A DNA stretch of 64,000 bases from Sedimentisphaerales bacterium (GCA_963708075.1 OY970194.1:896001-960000), one strand, 5' to 3'; positions 48,869-59,624 are shown, counted from the stretch's first letter. Notes: generated by a model not told the origin, from the letters alone. Translations and numbers: made by a program.

Positions 48869-49345
48869 ATGGCACAGATAATCTTGTCGAGTCACGAGCT
48901 CATCCACATCCTGCAGGCGAACGCGCGCATCCCGGAGCAGATCATAGATATCGCGGCCGATGATGGGGAGATCAAGCTGAAAGTCAAAACCGACTGGCCG
49001 ATTGTGAAGTCGATCCGCGTGGGAATGAGATTTGCGGGGTTTGACAACGGCTGCCTGGTTCTGCAGCTTGCGACGAACCTGCTGACGGACAAGTTCAACT
49101 GGCTTGTGGACAGGATGATCGAGCCGCTGCGGCTGGAGGAGCATGGCGGCCGATGGGAATATCCCCGGCTGTACGTCGATGTCAATCGGTTGATCCAGCG
49201 GCAGCTTCGCGGCGTGGCCGTCGAGAATATCAGCTTTCAGGACGGCCTCTTCCACATCACCACGACGCACACGAATTCCACCGGCAATAACGGGGATTCC
49301 CATGTACAGGAGGACGTCAGCGCCTCCCACCCCTCATCTGTCTGA
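48869..49345 (+). CDS. Hypothetical protein
   Basis: 158-aa ORF with plausible composition. Confidence 0.6.
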   Translation: MAQIILSSHELIHILQANARIPEQIIDIAADDGEIKLKVKTDWPIVKSIRVGMRFAGFDNGCLVLQLATNLLTDKFNWLVDRMIEPLRLEEHGGRWEYPRLYVDVNRLIQRQLRGVAVENISFQDGLFHITTTHTNSTGNNGDSHVQEDVSASHPSSV

Positions 49346-49480
49346 GCAGGCGAAGGTCAGGTCATCGTGGTATGGGCATCTTGCCCATGAGTCGCAGGAC
49401 CATCTTGACCCTGCCTTTACCGGCGAGACGCCCGTGCAGAATGAAGAGGGCAGTCGGATCGCCGGCCGACGGAAACAGAA

Positions 49481-49508
49481 AAGGGACGGGTCCCTAACGC
49501 CGTCCCTT
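49481..49508. terminator. Hairpin between convergent genes
   Basis: AAGGGACGG-10 nt-CCGTCCCTT. Confidence 0.45.
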
Positions 49509-49616
49509 CTGCCTTGATGCTCTGATTGGGCCACCATCTGGGGATGGCCCTCGATGGATCCATCGTTCGATTCAGCTTGTACGCCCGCCCGAACCGCACC
49601 GTTGAGGCGATCGCCG

Positions 49617-50063
49617 CTATCGCGGCCGGACCCGGACCGTCACCGTAGCCACATGCACGTTCACGCTTCCGCCGGGTTGCCCGTTCAGGTTGGCGTTGGT
49701 CAACGTGACGCACAACCTGGCAACGCCGTACGGCGGATCGATGGCCGCATTGGTCATGTTGGCCGTGTACGTGCCTCCTACGGCCCCGGTAGCAGCGATC
49801 GTGCAGTCCATGAGCAGGGCGAAGTTGGTCCTCACCCGCACGTTGATACATCCTTCGTATCTGGACAACGTGACCGGCAGTAGCTTGATCACATCGCCCT
49901 GGTTGAGGATCTCCATCCAGTACCCGACGTCCATCACAACGGGATACGACGTCACTTCGAGGGGCACGAACTGGGTGGGCCAGTTATTGGTTCCGATTTG
50001 CCCCGCTTGCAGGCTCGTTGCCAAAAGAACAACGGATGCCATGATAAATAGTCTTCGTAGCAT
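49617..50063 (-). CDS. Small secreted beta-rich protein (possibly pilin/fimbrial-like)
   Basis: AAAGGAG RBS; signal MLRRLFIMASVVLLATSLQA; three Cys; C-terminal VATVTVRVRPR strand. Confidence 0.7.
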   Translation of the reverse strand: MLRRLFIMASVVLLATSLQAGQIGTNNWPTQFVPLEVTSYPVVMDVGYWMEILNQGDVIKLLPVTLSRYEGCINVRVRTNFALLMDCTIAATGAVGGTYTANMTNAAIDPPYGVARLCVTLTNANLNGQPGGSVNVHVATVTVRVRPR

Positions 50064-51150
50064 GTTCACTCCTTTCATCACTATCTGACCTTCACTCCTT
50101 AAAAGCCAGTCTGTTGGCTTGTCAGGCCATGCTGTCGCTGCAATCATGTGCGATATGCCGACTCGCCCCGCACAGAATCCGGCGCTTTCATCCCCGCACC
50201 GTTCTGACGTCATGGGCGCACGCCGCGTCGCGTACGTGACAGCCACAAGTTAACGCTCGGACCCTACACCTCCTTTCCCCCGGCCATGGAAGCCAAGTTC
50301 TTCACGTGGGCGCCAGGGGAGTAGGGCCTCCCCCGGCGCCGATCTCCATGAGCGACTCAGCCCTCCATGACTGTTCGACCCACTTCGACGCGAGCGTTAC
50401 GAAACAGAAATGGAAGAGGTCGACTGCCGTGTGGGAACAGGAACTGCAGGGTGCAGTCGCAGCAGCGTGCCGGTTCGCGACACTGCCTGTCCGTCTTCCA
50501 TGATGCTCGCATACCGCACGGTTGAGACGGTACTGCGCGGTGTGAAACCACCGTACCATCCATGTGTTCAGCGTTTTCGCCTGGAGTCTGCGCATTCGGG
50601 TGTGAGACGGAGAGGGAGTTGGCCCAGCTCGCCTGCCATGTGGTTTCAGAGTCGTGCGCCCTGTACGAGGATAGAATCATCCATTGACTCGCACCGCGAT
50701 CGGGCAGCAAAGAGTCGAAACCCAACAGACAGGCCGTACCGTGTACTTGCACTTCAACCACCCCCATGGCGGACTGACGAGCCGGCCCTGCCTTGCGACA
50801 GGAATACGGCGCTCCGCGCACATCCGTGCACACCTTCCGCAAATCCATTACTTACCTCCGTGTCACAGTTACGATGGATACCTCAGGCATCCATCTCCCT
50901 GTCCGAGGTGCAGACTCCACGCACCTTCATCCGTGAGAAGCGCACCGTCCCACCGGTGGCCTTTTGGCTTGGCCCTCCTCCAATGAGGGATCGCCAAATA
51001 CGGCTTCTTTGATACCCGCACGATCCGCAATTGTCAAGCGGAAAGTCCTAAAAATCCGATAAAATCTCCACACTATCGCTCTCGGGCGCGGCCTTCGAGT
51101 CGCCGAGTGACAGCATCAAGGCCGAAGGGCTTTATCGCATCCCAACAAAA

Positions 51151-51182
51151 CCATCGCCAAGCTGCGCTTGACGCTGCCACCC
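51151..51182. repeat. Half GGGTGGCAGCG element
   Basis: CCATCGCCAAGCTGCGCTTGACGCTGCCACCC, identical to the half unit at 45723. Confidence 0.85.
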
Positions 51183-51241
51183 GGAAACGCACCGTGCCCG
51201 ACAAAGAACTCAGTGGTAACGAGTGTCGGCGGTCGGGGTCA

Positions 51242-52644
51242 TCACAGGGGCGGGCCGTCCGGCTTTTGCACGCGGGCCGGAAGCCGCACGATGAAACGTC
51301 GCTCGATCTGCCCGAACAGGCCTATGCTGATCCTGAGTATCCTGAATTCGACCGTGTCTCCTTCCGTCACCTTCTCCATCTCCAGCGAGAATTCCTCCAG
51401 GTTGCGGACCGTGGCGTCATTGACCTGCAGGAGCAGGTCTCCGGGCTGAATGCCGGTCTGCCCGGCAATTCCTCGTGCATCGACATCCGTCACGATCAGG
51501 ATCGGATATGGATTCTGGAAGTCGAATCGGCGGGCGACGGCCGCCGTCAGTTCCGAAACCTCCATCTGGAAGAAACTCCGGGCAAGGAGGCGTCCATCCG
51601 GCAGGGGACGGGGCAGCAACGTCAGGTCGATGACCCGGCTGGTGGGCTTGGCCTCCTTCGGCCGGATATACGTGACGCGAATCGGCTCGCCCACGTCCTT
51701 GTGCATCGTTCGCACGTAGAAGTCGATGATGCTGCGGAGCTTATGACCGTCGATCGCCGTGATCAGATCGCCCGGGGCCAGGCCTTTGGCCTCCGCCGGG
51801 CTGCCCTTGCTGACGGAATCGACGATCAGGCCGGTGTACTGGCCCTGGCTTTGCATGGGGCCCATCGTCAGCCCGAGACGCACGCGGCGCAGCTTCTCGG
51901 GCATGAGCATGTGGGTCAAGTTGTCCACGAGCGTGTCAACCGGTATGGCAAAGCCGATGTTCTGTGCCTCCGCGCGGATGGCCGTGGTGATGCCGATGAG
52001 CTGGCCATTGACGTTGAGCAGGGGGCCGCCGCTGTTGCCCGGATTGATCGGGGCATCCGTCTGGATCAGGCCTCGCAGCCAATAGCCCTCAGTGACCTGG
52101 ATATCGCGTCCCACGGCGCTGATGACGCCGCTGGTCACCGTGTTGGCATATCCGTAGGGATTGCCGATGGCGATGACGGTCTCGCCGATCATCAGGTCGT
52201 TGCTGCGCCCATCTCGATGAACTGCAGCTCCGCACCGGCCTTGATCGCCAGCACCGCCAGGTCCTTGTTCGTATCGACGCTGATGATCTCCGCCTGAAAC
52301 TCCCGGCCGTCGCTGAACACGACCTTGATTCGTTTCACGCCTTCGACGACATGGGCATTGGTGATGATGTATCCATCTTCGTGTACGACGAAACCGGACC
52401 CGAGGACAGGCACCTGCTGCTCGAATCGCGGACCCCACATGTCGAACTCGTCGAACCCCGGCCAGGCCCGCCGAGAGACCATCTGCTCGCCGGATATGTT
52501 CACAACAGCCTTGTGCGTTCGTTCGTAGACCTTGACGACAGGCGTTTGCCGATCGAACTGGAGGCGCTCCTGGCCATGCAAAGGCTGAAGGAATCCAATC
52601 AGTACAAACAGGCAGGCTGCTCGGGAGATCGCTGACTTCACCAT
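51242..52644 (-). pseudogene. HtrA/DegP-like trypsin protease with two PDZ domains, frameshifted at ~52207
   Basis: LGSGF, TNAHV and DLAVL in one frame; [26 protein letters not shown] and the PDZ domains in another. One base is missing. Confidence 0.85.
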
Positions 52645-52891
52645 ATCCTCTGGCTCTCCATTCCATGATGCCGGGCCATGCCGGCCGGCACTTCCTACCT
52701 TATCCGGCTCTCCAACATCGCCGGTTCCTGCATATATATGATGCATTGTACCTGCACTCTCTTACACGGAAGGCGCAATACTGCGTGTTAATTGTGAAGT
52801 GGGAATCAAATTGCAGGACCATGAAGGGACATCGCGGAGCGATAAAAATATGGGTCATACCCGGCAGACGGAAGCGAGCGGAAAGACGATC

Positions 52892-53380
52892 TCAGTGCCT
52901 TGGCGACATACGGTCATCCGGCCTTGGCCCTCTCTGCGGCTGCCTCCTCTGGCGGGATCTGTCCGGGATCTCCTTAATCTCGAACTTTCCGCCTCTCGGT
53001 CTGGGTCTGGGGCGGGCGGGCCGCTTGCCGGCCCCTTTGCCCTTTTTCAGCACAATCAGCGCATTGCGGGCGATCTCGGCCGTCCTGCTGTCCGGGTGGC
53101 TCATCGCTTGTATCAACACATCTTCCGCCTGCTTGCGCATCCTCCCCCGCATTTTCCGCAGTCCATAGGCGGAGGCGCTCTTGACCCGGCGCGGCGTATC
53201 TCCGGTCAGCCCTTCCTTGAGGATGTCCAATCCGTCCTCCTGCATCCAGGAGAGGTTGAACGCGGTCTGACGCACCGTCGAAATGTTGGAGGAGTAGAGC
53301 TGCTCTCGCAACTTGGCAAGGAGCTGTATCGAAGCTTCATCCTTTTCCCGCCCTGATGGTTTCCTCTTCTCCAATCTCAT
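52892..53380 (-). CDS. Hypothetical HEAT-repeat-like protein with a basic tail
   Basis: GGAGGT RBS; helical VRQTAFNL..VKSASAYGL..AEIARNAL pattern. Confidence 0.6.
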   Translation of the reverse strand: MRLEKRKPSGREKDEASIQLLAKLREQLYSSNISTVRQTAFNLSWMQEDGLDILKEGLTGDTPRRVKSASAYGLRKMRGRMRKQAEDVLIQAMSHPDSRTAEIARNALIVLKKGKGAGKRPARPRPRPRGGKFEIKEIPDRSRQRRQPQRGPRPDDRMSPRH

Positions 53381-54116
53381 AAAACCACCTCCCTGTAGTC
53401 ATCAGCGCAAGCAGCCAAATCGCGGAAGGCGGTCTTGCACTCGGCCTCCGGAGACGACAGAACTCCCCCGCTCAGGCACTCCACAAACGGGATCCAATGA
53501 GTTATCAGACGCTCCCCCGACGAACCATGGACATGCGGCCAGCCGTCAGTCACTCCATGCCTGGACATCAGCATCCTTGCTTATCCTCCAGCTAAAACCC
53601 CATACTACCTCAGCCTGCCGCCATTGGCCCTGATTCCTGCAACATCCTACCGGCAACAAGCTTGACAGTCATCGTCTGGAAGCAAGCTGCCTGGGCCCAT
53701 CGACACCCCATCCGCGGTTCCAGGCGGAACTCGCAAGTACGGCGCCAACAGATGCCGAAATCGAAGCCATTGTCACAGCAGCCGTTATAGTTGTCAACCT
53801 ATTTTTGAGCAGGGTTTTACTATTTGCCATGGCAGTCTGCCTACAGGCAGTCCACGTGCTGCCACGATGACTCCCCTCGCGTCCCATCAAGGCTGCTGCC
53901 AGGCGTGTAAAAAAACGATTTTTCTGTAACAAAGGGATATTTTCGAGCGTCTGATTATAGCAACGGAGGAGTCGATGAGAGAGAGTGTACCGACGCAAAG
54001 CTTGCGGCACGGAGAGACCTGCTGCGGCCGGGATGCCATGGTGAGTATTTGGATGGGTGAAGTTGTGTCAGCAAATGTGATGATGTGTGCGTCCTGTGAC
54101 GTGCAATCCTGTATAC

Positions 54117-54145
54117 TTGACCAACACCCTCGGTTCGGATAGAAT
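54117..54145 (+). promoter_or_regulatory. Sigma70 promoter of the gsp operon
   Basis: TTGACC-17 bp-TAGAAT. Confidence 0.55.
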
Positions 54146-54177
54146 TGCGGATTCAACTTCCTTCACTTTGAGGCTGC

Positions 54178-55914
54178 GTGATACGGATGGATTCACACGG
54201 TAGTAATGCCAGAAGAAAACGACTGGGCGAGTTGCTCTGTGAAAGGGCATATCTCGACGAGGCCGGCCTGGGAGTCGCTCTGGCCGAGCAGAAGGTCAAA
54301 CACAGGCGGCTTGGACAGATTCTCCTGGAACTGGGGTACGTGACGCAGGCCCAGTTGAACGAGGCCCTGGCATGCCAGGTGGGGATTGAGAGGATAGAGC
54401 TCTCGGAAGTATCCATCGACAGCGATGTTATCGGTCTTGTGCCGGCCGATCTGGTCAGCAAGTACAACATTCTGCCTCTGTGGCGGGAAGATGGCCGTCT
54501 GGCGGTCGCCATGACCGATCCCTTCCAACCGCAGGTGATAGAGGACTTACGGCTGGTGAGCGGATGCATGATCCAGAGGTACTACGCCGACCCCACCCAG
54601 ATGGAGCACGCCATCCTGAGGTTCTACGGCAGCAACGTGGCCAGAATGCTGGACGACCTGGCGCCGACGGAGCAGCGATCTGATGATGGGGAATCGGGCA
54701 ACGGCGATTACTCGCCGGCCAAGCTGAACGAGCTGGCCCGCGAGCCGTCCCTCGTGAACCTGGTCAATCTGGTCATTCTGGAGGCCATCGAGGCCCGGGC
54801 CAGCGATATCCACATCGAGCCGTTCGACCGAGAGGTCAAGATCAAGTATCGCATCGACGGCATCCTCGTGGAGAAGACCCCGTCGTCCAAACGGCTTCAC
54901 GCCGCGATCATCTCCCGCATCAAGATCATGGCGAACATGAACATCGCCGAGCGATTCGTCCCCCAGGATGGGCACATCGAGTTTACAGGCAAGAACGGAA
55001 GGGTCGATATCCGCGTGTCCACGGTGCCCACCGTGTGGGGCGAGGCCGTGGAGCTTCGACTGCTCGACAAAACGGCGTCCCTGATCAGCCTCAGTGACCT
55101 TGGGATGAATTCCCAAACGCTCGAGGGTTTTTCGAAGTGCCTGCGAAAGACACACGGCATCGTCCTGGTGACCGGGCCGACCGGGTCCGGCAAGACGACG
55201 ACACTGTACGCTGCGCTGAACAGAATCTATTCGCCCTCCGTCAAGATGATCACCATCGAGGATCCTGTCGAGTATCAGCTCGAAGGGATCAATCAGATGC
55301 CCGTGAACCCCAAGCGGGGTCTGACGTTTGCCACGGGTCTGCGGCACATTCTCCGGCACGACCCGGATATCATCATGGTGGGCGAGATTCGCGACCGGGA
55401 GACAGCCGACATCGCCATCCGGGCGGCACTCACCGGCCACCTGGTCTTCTCCACGTTGCACACCAACGACGCCGCAGGGGCGGTGAGCCGGCTGATCGAC
55501 ATGGGTGTCGAGCCGTTCCTCCTGGCCAGCTCCCTGGAGGGAATTCTCGCGCAGCGGCTTGTACGCAGGATCTGCTCCAAGTGCAAAGAGCCGTATGAGC
55601 CCGACGAGAGCCTGCTGGTGAGCCTCAATGGCTCCTTCAAAATCGATCCCGGGGCCACGTTCTATCATGGAGCCGGGTGCAGCCAGTGCAACCAGACGGG
55701 AATGATGGGCAGGAGCGGAATCTTTGAGATGCTTCGCATCACCGGGCGTATTCGGGAGCTGATTGGCGGCAGGCCGACGGCGGAGCAGATCACGAGAGAG
55801 GCCCCGGCCGATCACGTCAGCATGGTGCACGACGGCATTGCCAAGGTGCTGCGCGGCGAGACGACGCTGGAGGAGATCTTCCGGGTCGCCAAGAGCATTG
55901 GGGATGAGAATTGA
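54178..55914 (+). CDS. gspE: Type II secretion/T4P assembly ATPase with N-terminal MshEN motif
   Basis: ASDIHIEP, GPTGSGKT, TIEDPVE, LRHDPD, GEIRD, TGHLVFSTLH and two CxxC motifs. Confidence 0.92.
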   Translation: MIRMDSHGSNARRKRLGELLCERAYLDEAGLGVALAEQKVKHRRLGQILLELGYVTQAQLNEALACQVGIERIELSEVSIDSDVIGLVPADLVSKYNILPLWREDGRLAVAMTDPFQPQVIEDLRLVSGCMIQRYYADPTQMEHAILRFYGSNVARMLDDLAPTEQRSDDGESGNGDYSPAKLNELAREPSLVNLVNLVILEAIEARASDIHIEPFDREVKIKYRIDGILVEKTPSSKRLHAAIISRIKIMANMNIAERFVPQDGHIEFTGKNGRVDIRVSTVPTVWGEAVELRLLDKTASLISLSDLGMNSQTLEGFSKCLRKTHGIVLVTGPTGSGKTTTLYAALNRIYSPSVKMITIEDPVEYQLEGINQMPVNPKRGLTFATGLRHILRHDPDIIMVGEIRDRETADIAIRAALTGHLVFSTLHTNDAAGAVSRLIDMGVEPFLLASSLEGILAQRLVRRICSKCKEPYEPDESLLVSLNGSFKIDPGATFYHGAGCSQCNQTGMMGRSGIFEMLRITGRIRELIGGRPTAEQITREAPADHVSMVHDGIAKVLRGETTLEEIFRVAKSIGDEN

Positions 55915-55976
55915 CCAGTCACATGCAGCCGCAGGCTGTGCCGGTTGGTGGATTTCACACACACGCGGGGTAAATC

Positions 55977-57239
55977 TTGGGCCAGTTTTCGTACAAGGCA
56001 GTTGATCAATCAGGCGGACACGTGACCGGCGTGGTGGAGGCAGCCGACCGCAGGAGCGCCGTGGCGGCGTTGACCGGCCGGGGACATCTGGTCACCGAGC
56101 TTGTGGAGAAAGGGCAGCATCACCAAAGTGGGGAATCGACCGCCCGGGCCGTTGGGCTGTCGAGTCTGCCCGGCATCGGGCGGCGGGTCTCGAGCCGGGA
56201 CGTCCTGGCGGTCACGACCCAGCTCAGCACCGCGGTGCGCGCGGGGCTGCCCTTGCTGAATTGCCTCGAATTGATGCGCAAGCAACAGCGCAAACCTGCC
56301 ATGCGGCAACTGTTCGATGACCTGGTCAACTCCGTCAACGCGGGCAAAGCCCTCTCCGAAGCCATGGCCGAGCACAGGGAGGTCTTCAGTCCTCTCTACC
56401 TGTCGATGATCCGCGTGGGGGAGACCGGTGGAATCCTCGAGCAGACCAGTGCCCAACTGGCGATGATCCTGTCGCGCGAGGAGAAGGTGAAAACCAACAT
56501 GAAGAACGCCGCCGCGTACCCGATCTTCGTTCTGGCCATCGGCCTGATCTCGGCGACAATCATCGTGGCCGTGATCCTGCCGAAGATTCTTGATACCATC
56601 GATGTCGCGGCAGTCGCCCTGCCCCTGCCCACGAGGATTCTTCTTGGCGTAAGCACTTTTATCCGCGCCCTGTTCACGAGCGTCATGGGCTGGGGCGTTC
56701 TTCTCGTCGCGGTGATCAGTCTGATCGGTTTTCGGCGGTGGACGAAGACGACGGGCAGGCTCGCCTGGGACCGCTTCAGACTGGGCGTGCCCATCCTCGG
56801 GTCGGTTCTGCGGACGACGGCCGTGGGACGGTTCGCCCGGACCCTCGGCGCCCTGACGAAGGGCGGCGTGACGATTCTGGAAGCGCTCGGGGTCGTCCGT
56901 GATACGCTGGGCAATGAGGTCCTGGCCAGGCAGGTCGATCACGTGGCGGAGGAGGTCAAGCGGGGCGAGTCCCTCGCGACTCCACTGGAGGCATCAGGCG
57001 ATTTCCCGCCTCTGCTGGTGCAGATCGTGGCCGTGGGGGAACAGACGGGCAAGCTCGATGAGCTTCTGCTCAACGCCGCCGATACGTTCGACACGGATGC
57101 GGACGCCGCCATCAACCGCTTCATGTCGATCTTTCCCGCCGTGTTGATTCTCTTGCTGGCTCTGATCGTCGGGTTTATCATTGCCGCAGCACTGCTGCCC
57201 ATTGTGAACATGTCGCTCAGCGCAGGAGCGATACGATAG
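55977..57239 (+). CDS. gspF: Type II secretion platform protein
   Basis: GETGG, AAAYP and VGEQTGKLD motifs; three transmembrane segments. Confidence 0.92.
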   Translation: MGQFSYKAVDQSGGHVTGVVEAADRRSAVAALTGRGHLVTELVEKGQHHQSGESTARAVGLSSLPGIGRRVSSRDVLAVTTQLSTAVRAGLPLLNCLELMRKQQRKPAMRQLFDDLVNSVNAGKALSEAMAEHREVFSPLYLSMIRVGETGGILEQTSAQLAMILSREEKVKTNMKNAAAYPIFVLAIGLISATIIVAVILPKILDTIDVAAVALPLPTRILLGVSTFIRALFTSVMGWGVLLVAVISLIGFRRWTKTTGRLAWDRFRLGVPILGSVLRTTAVGRFARTLGALTKGGVTILEALGVVRDTLGNEVLARQVDHVAEEVKRGESLATPLEASGDFPPLLVQIVAVGEQTGKLDELLLNAADTFDTDADAAINRFMSIFPAVLILLLALIVGFIIAAALLPIVNMSLSAGAIR

Positions 57240-57310
57240 CGGGCGGGAGAATGAGGCCCGTGAATCGACGCGACAGGAGTCCAGCGATGACAAATGCAAG
57301 GGGTATTGAA

Positions 57311-57742
57311 ATGATACATGGAAATCGGAAGAACAGAGGATTCACGCTCGTCGAGTTGCTTGTGGTGATCCTGATCGTGTCGATGCTCGCCGCCGTCATG
57401 GCGCCGCGGGTGTTCAAGGGGCTTGGCAAGGCCAAGTCGGGCATTGCCAAAACGAACATGGCGATCATCGCCGATTCGCTGGCACGCTATCAGAACGACT
57501 GCGGGCGATTGCCCGATGAATCCGAGGGAGGGCTGGAGGCGCTGCTCGTGGCTCCGCCTGAGATGGAGGAGAAGTGGAACGGCCCCTATTTGAGGAAGAG
57601 CCAGCTTGTCGATCCCTGGGACAATCAGTACGTGTATATCTCCGAGGGCCAGATCAACCCGGGCAGTTTCGACCTGATCTGCCTGGGCGCCGACGGCCAG
57701 GAGGGCGGCGAAGGAGATGATGCGGACATCCTATATGAATGA
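57311..57742 (+). CDS. gspG: Major pseudopilin
   Basis: GFTLVELL, KWNGPYL, DPWDNQY and GADGQEGGEG motifs. Confidence 0.93.
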   Translation: MIHGNRKNRGFTLVELLVVILIVSMLAAVMAPRVFKGLGKAKSGIAKTNMAIIADSLARYQNDCGRLPDESEGGLEALLVAPPEMEEKWNGPYLRKSQLVDPWDNQYVYISEGQINPGSFDLICLGADGQEGGEGDDADILYE

Positions 57743-57796
57743 GCATGAAGTGTGGTTTTTGATTGTTGATTGTTGATTCAAAGAAAGTTGGGCCTC

Positions 57797-58393
57797 ATGT
57801 CCCCAAATCAAAAATCAAAGATCGTAAATCAAAAATCAGCACAGGGTTTCACGCTCGTCGAGCTGATGCTCGTGATTTCCATCATGGTGCTTCTCGGCGG
57901 TGCTGGCGCCGGGATGTACGCGGGCACATACAAGAAAGTCCTTGTGGAGAAGGCAGCGCGTCAATTCCTGCTGATGGCCCGGTATGCGAAGATCGCGGCC
58001 GTCGAGCAGCAGCAGGTGTACGACCTGGAGTTCGACAAGGATCAGGGTTTTCTGCTGGCGACCACGCAGCCGAACGAGGTCACGGGGCAGACGGAGAAGA
58101 CGATTGTCAGAAACTACTATTGCCGGCCCGTGGAATTCGAGGGGGATGTGAAGTTCGAGGACGCAAAGCTTACGGGGATGACGGCCGAGTCCCTCGACGA
58201 GGAGGGTTCGGAGCTGAAGATCTCGTTTCTGCCGAACGGCACGACACAATCGGCCCTGGTGCAGATCGGCGATGGAAAGACCCATTACACGATTGCCATT
58301 GTTGCCTCGACCGCAAGAGCGACCCTCTACTGGGGCCCGGCCGATAAGGTCACTGACGTGAAGAACGTAGCTATCGATCTGGACGCGCAATGA
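57797..58393 (+). CDS. gspH: Minor pseudopilin (GspH/FimT-like)
   Basis: GFTLVELM and ISFLPNG motifs; position in the operon. Confidence 0.75.
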   Translation: MSPNQKSKIVNQKSAQGFTLVELMLVISIMVLLGGAGAGMYAGTYKKVLVEKAARQFLLMARYAKIAAVEQQQVYDLEFDKDQGFLLATTQPNEVTGQTEKTIVRNYYCRPVEFEGDVKFEDAKLTGMTAESLDEEGSELKISFLPNGTTQSALVQIGDGKTHYTIAIVASTARATLYWGPADKVTDVKNVAIDLDAQ

Positions 58394-58815
58394 GAGCGAT
58401 GCAACGGACAAGATGGATGGGCTTCAACCTGGTGGAGACCCTGCTGGCCACGACGATCCTTTCCGGGTCGGTGCTCGCGCTGGCCGCCATCAGCACGAAC
58501 GCCGTGACGGATGTCAGGCTCAACCGGCATTACGAGATGGCCGCGGCGGTGATCGACGAGCAATTCAGCATGATCGAGTACATGGGAATCGATCAATTCA
58601 TCGAGCTCGACCAGACCGAGGGCATCAAGGAGGACGCGGAGCCCCAGTACCACTGGCAGGTGTCTACCGAGTACCGGAGCATCGACAATCTCTACCTGGT
58701 GACCGTCACAGTGACCTGGATCGAGCGGAACCGGCCCTACAGCGTGACCGCGCAGACCATGCTGGATGGCACGGGGATAGCCGCGACCACCACATCCGAG
58801 GCCGCAACGCAATGA
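58390..58815 (+). CDS. gspI: Minor pseudopilin (GspI-like)
   Basis: GFNLVETL, YHWQV and LYLVTVTVTW motifs. Confidence 0.75.
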   Translation: MRAMQRTRWMGFNLVETLLATTILSGSVLALAAISTNAVTDVRLNRHYEMAAAVIDEQFSMIEYMGIDQFIELDQTEGIKEDAEPQYHWQVSTEYRSIDNLYLVTVTVTWIERNRPYSVTAQTMLDGTGIAATTTSEAATQ

Positions 58816-59624
58816 CAGCACGGGCAATGAACAGCCGGGGATTCACGTTGGCCGAGGTACTGGTCGCCTCGACGATCAGTGCGTTCATTGCCATCTCGGC
58901 CCTCGGCGCCCTGAAGGCCGTCACGGACAGCACCCAGGTCGTCAATCGCGCGACGGAAACGGCCGGGGAAGTGCGGTTCGCCGCGAGAATGATGGCGGCC
59001 GACCTCGGCAACCTGTACCGCGACCCGGATCCCAGGAACATGAAGCTCGTCGGCGCGTCGCAGGAATCCAGCGCGGGCGGGCCCACCATATTGACCTTCT
59101 ATGCGGTGGGAAGCACCAAGGCGCGAGCCGGCCAGCCGGAGGGCGACATCTACGAAATCGAGTATTTCCTGGCCGAGAACAGGAATGCCGAGCCGGAGTC
59201 GCAGCCGGGGGAGCAACGAGAAGAGGAGGAGGCCCAGAAATTCGTTCTGTTCCGGCGATTGTGGCCGAATCCCGACAGGGAAAGGAACCCCGGCGGCATC
59301 CTCACGCCTATCGCGGAGAACATCGATCAGATGGAGATGCGGTTCTTTGACGGCAAGCAATGGGCTCCCCAGTGGCCTGAAGAGTTGCAGTCGATTCCCG
59401 AGCTGGTGGAGGTTACGCTGGTGACTGTGCCGAAGGGTCGGGGCAGTCCCGTGATCGAGAAATTCACGGTGAATTTCCCCCGGCTTGCCGCCAGGGGGAC
59501 TGGCTCTGCGGGCGAAGGACCGCAGGGCGAGCAGGGCAGCGCCCAACCACCGCAGCCGGGCGAGCCGCAAACGCAAGAGAACCAGGGTACACCCGGACCA
59601 CCTGAGCCAAGATCAAGACGATGA
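58812..59624 (+). CDS. gspJ: Minor pseudopilin (GspJ-like)
   Basis: GFTLAEVL and RFFDGKQWAPQW..IPELVEVTL motifs. Confidence 0.8.
   Translation: MTARAMNSRGFTLAEVLVASTISAFIAISALGALKAVTDSTQVVNRATETAGEVRFAARMMAADLGNLYRDPDPRNMKLVGASQESSAGGPTILTFYAVGSTKARAGQPEGDIYEIEYFLAENRNAEPESQPGEQREEEEAQKFVLFRRLWPNPDRERNPGGILTPIAENIDQMEMRFFDGKQWAPQWPEELQSIPELVEVTLVTVPKGRGSPVIEKFTVNFPRLAARGTGSAGEGPQGEQGSAQPPQPGEPQTQENQGTPGPPEPRSRR

Noticed and set aside
50357..51012. ORFs of 163 aa (-) and 200 aa (+) in the long intergenic region
   Set aside because: Atypical composition, no motifs and no clear RBS support; treated as non-coding.
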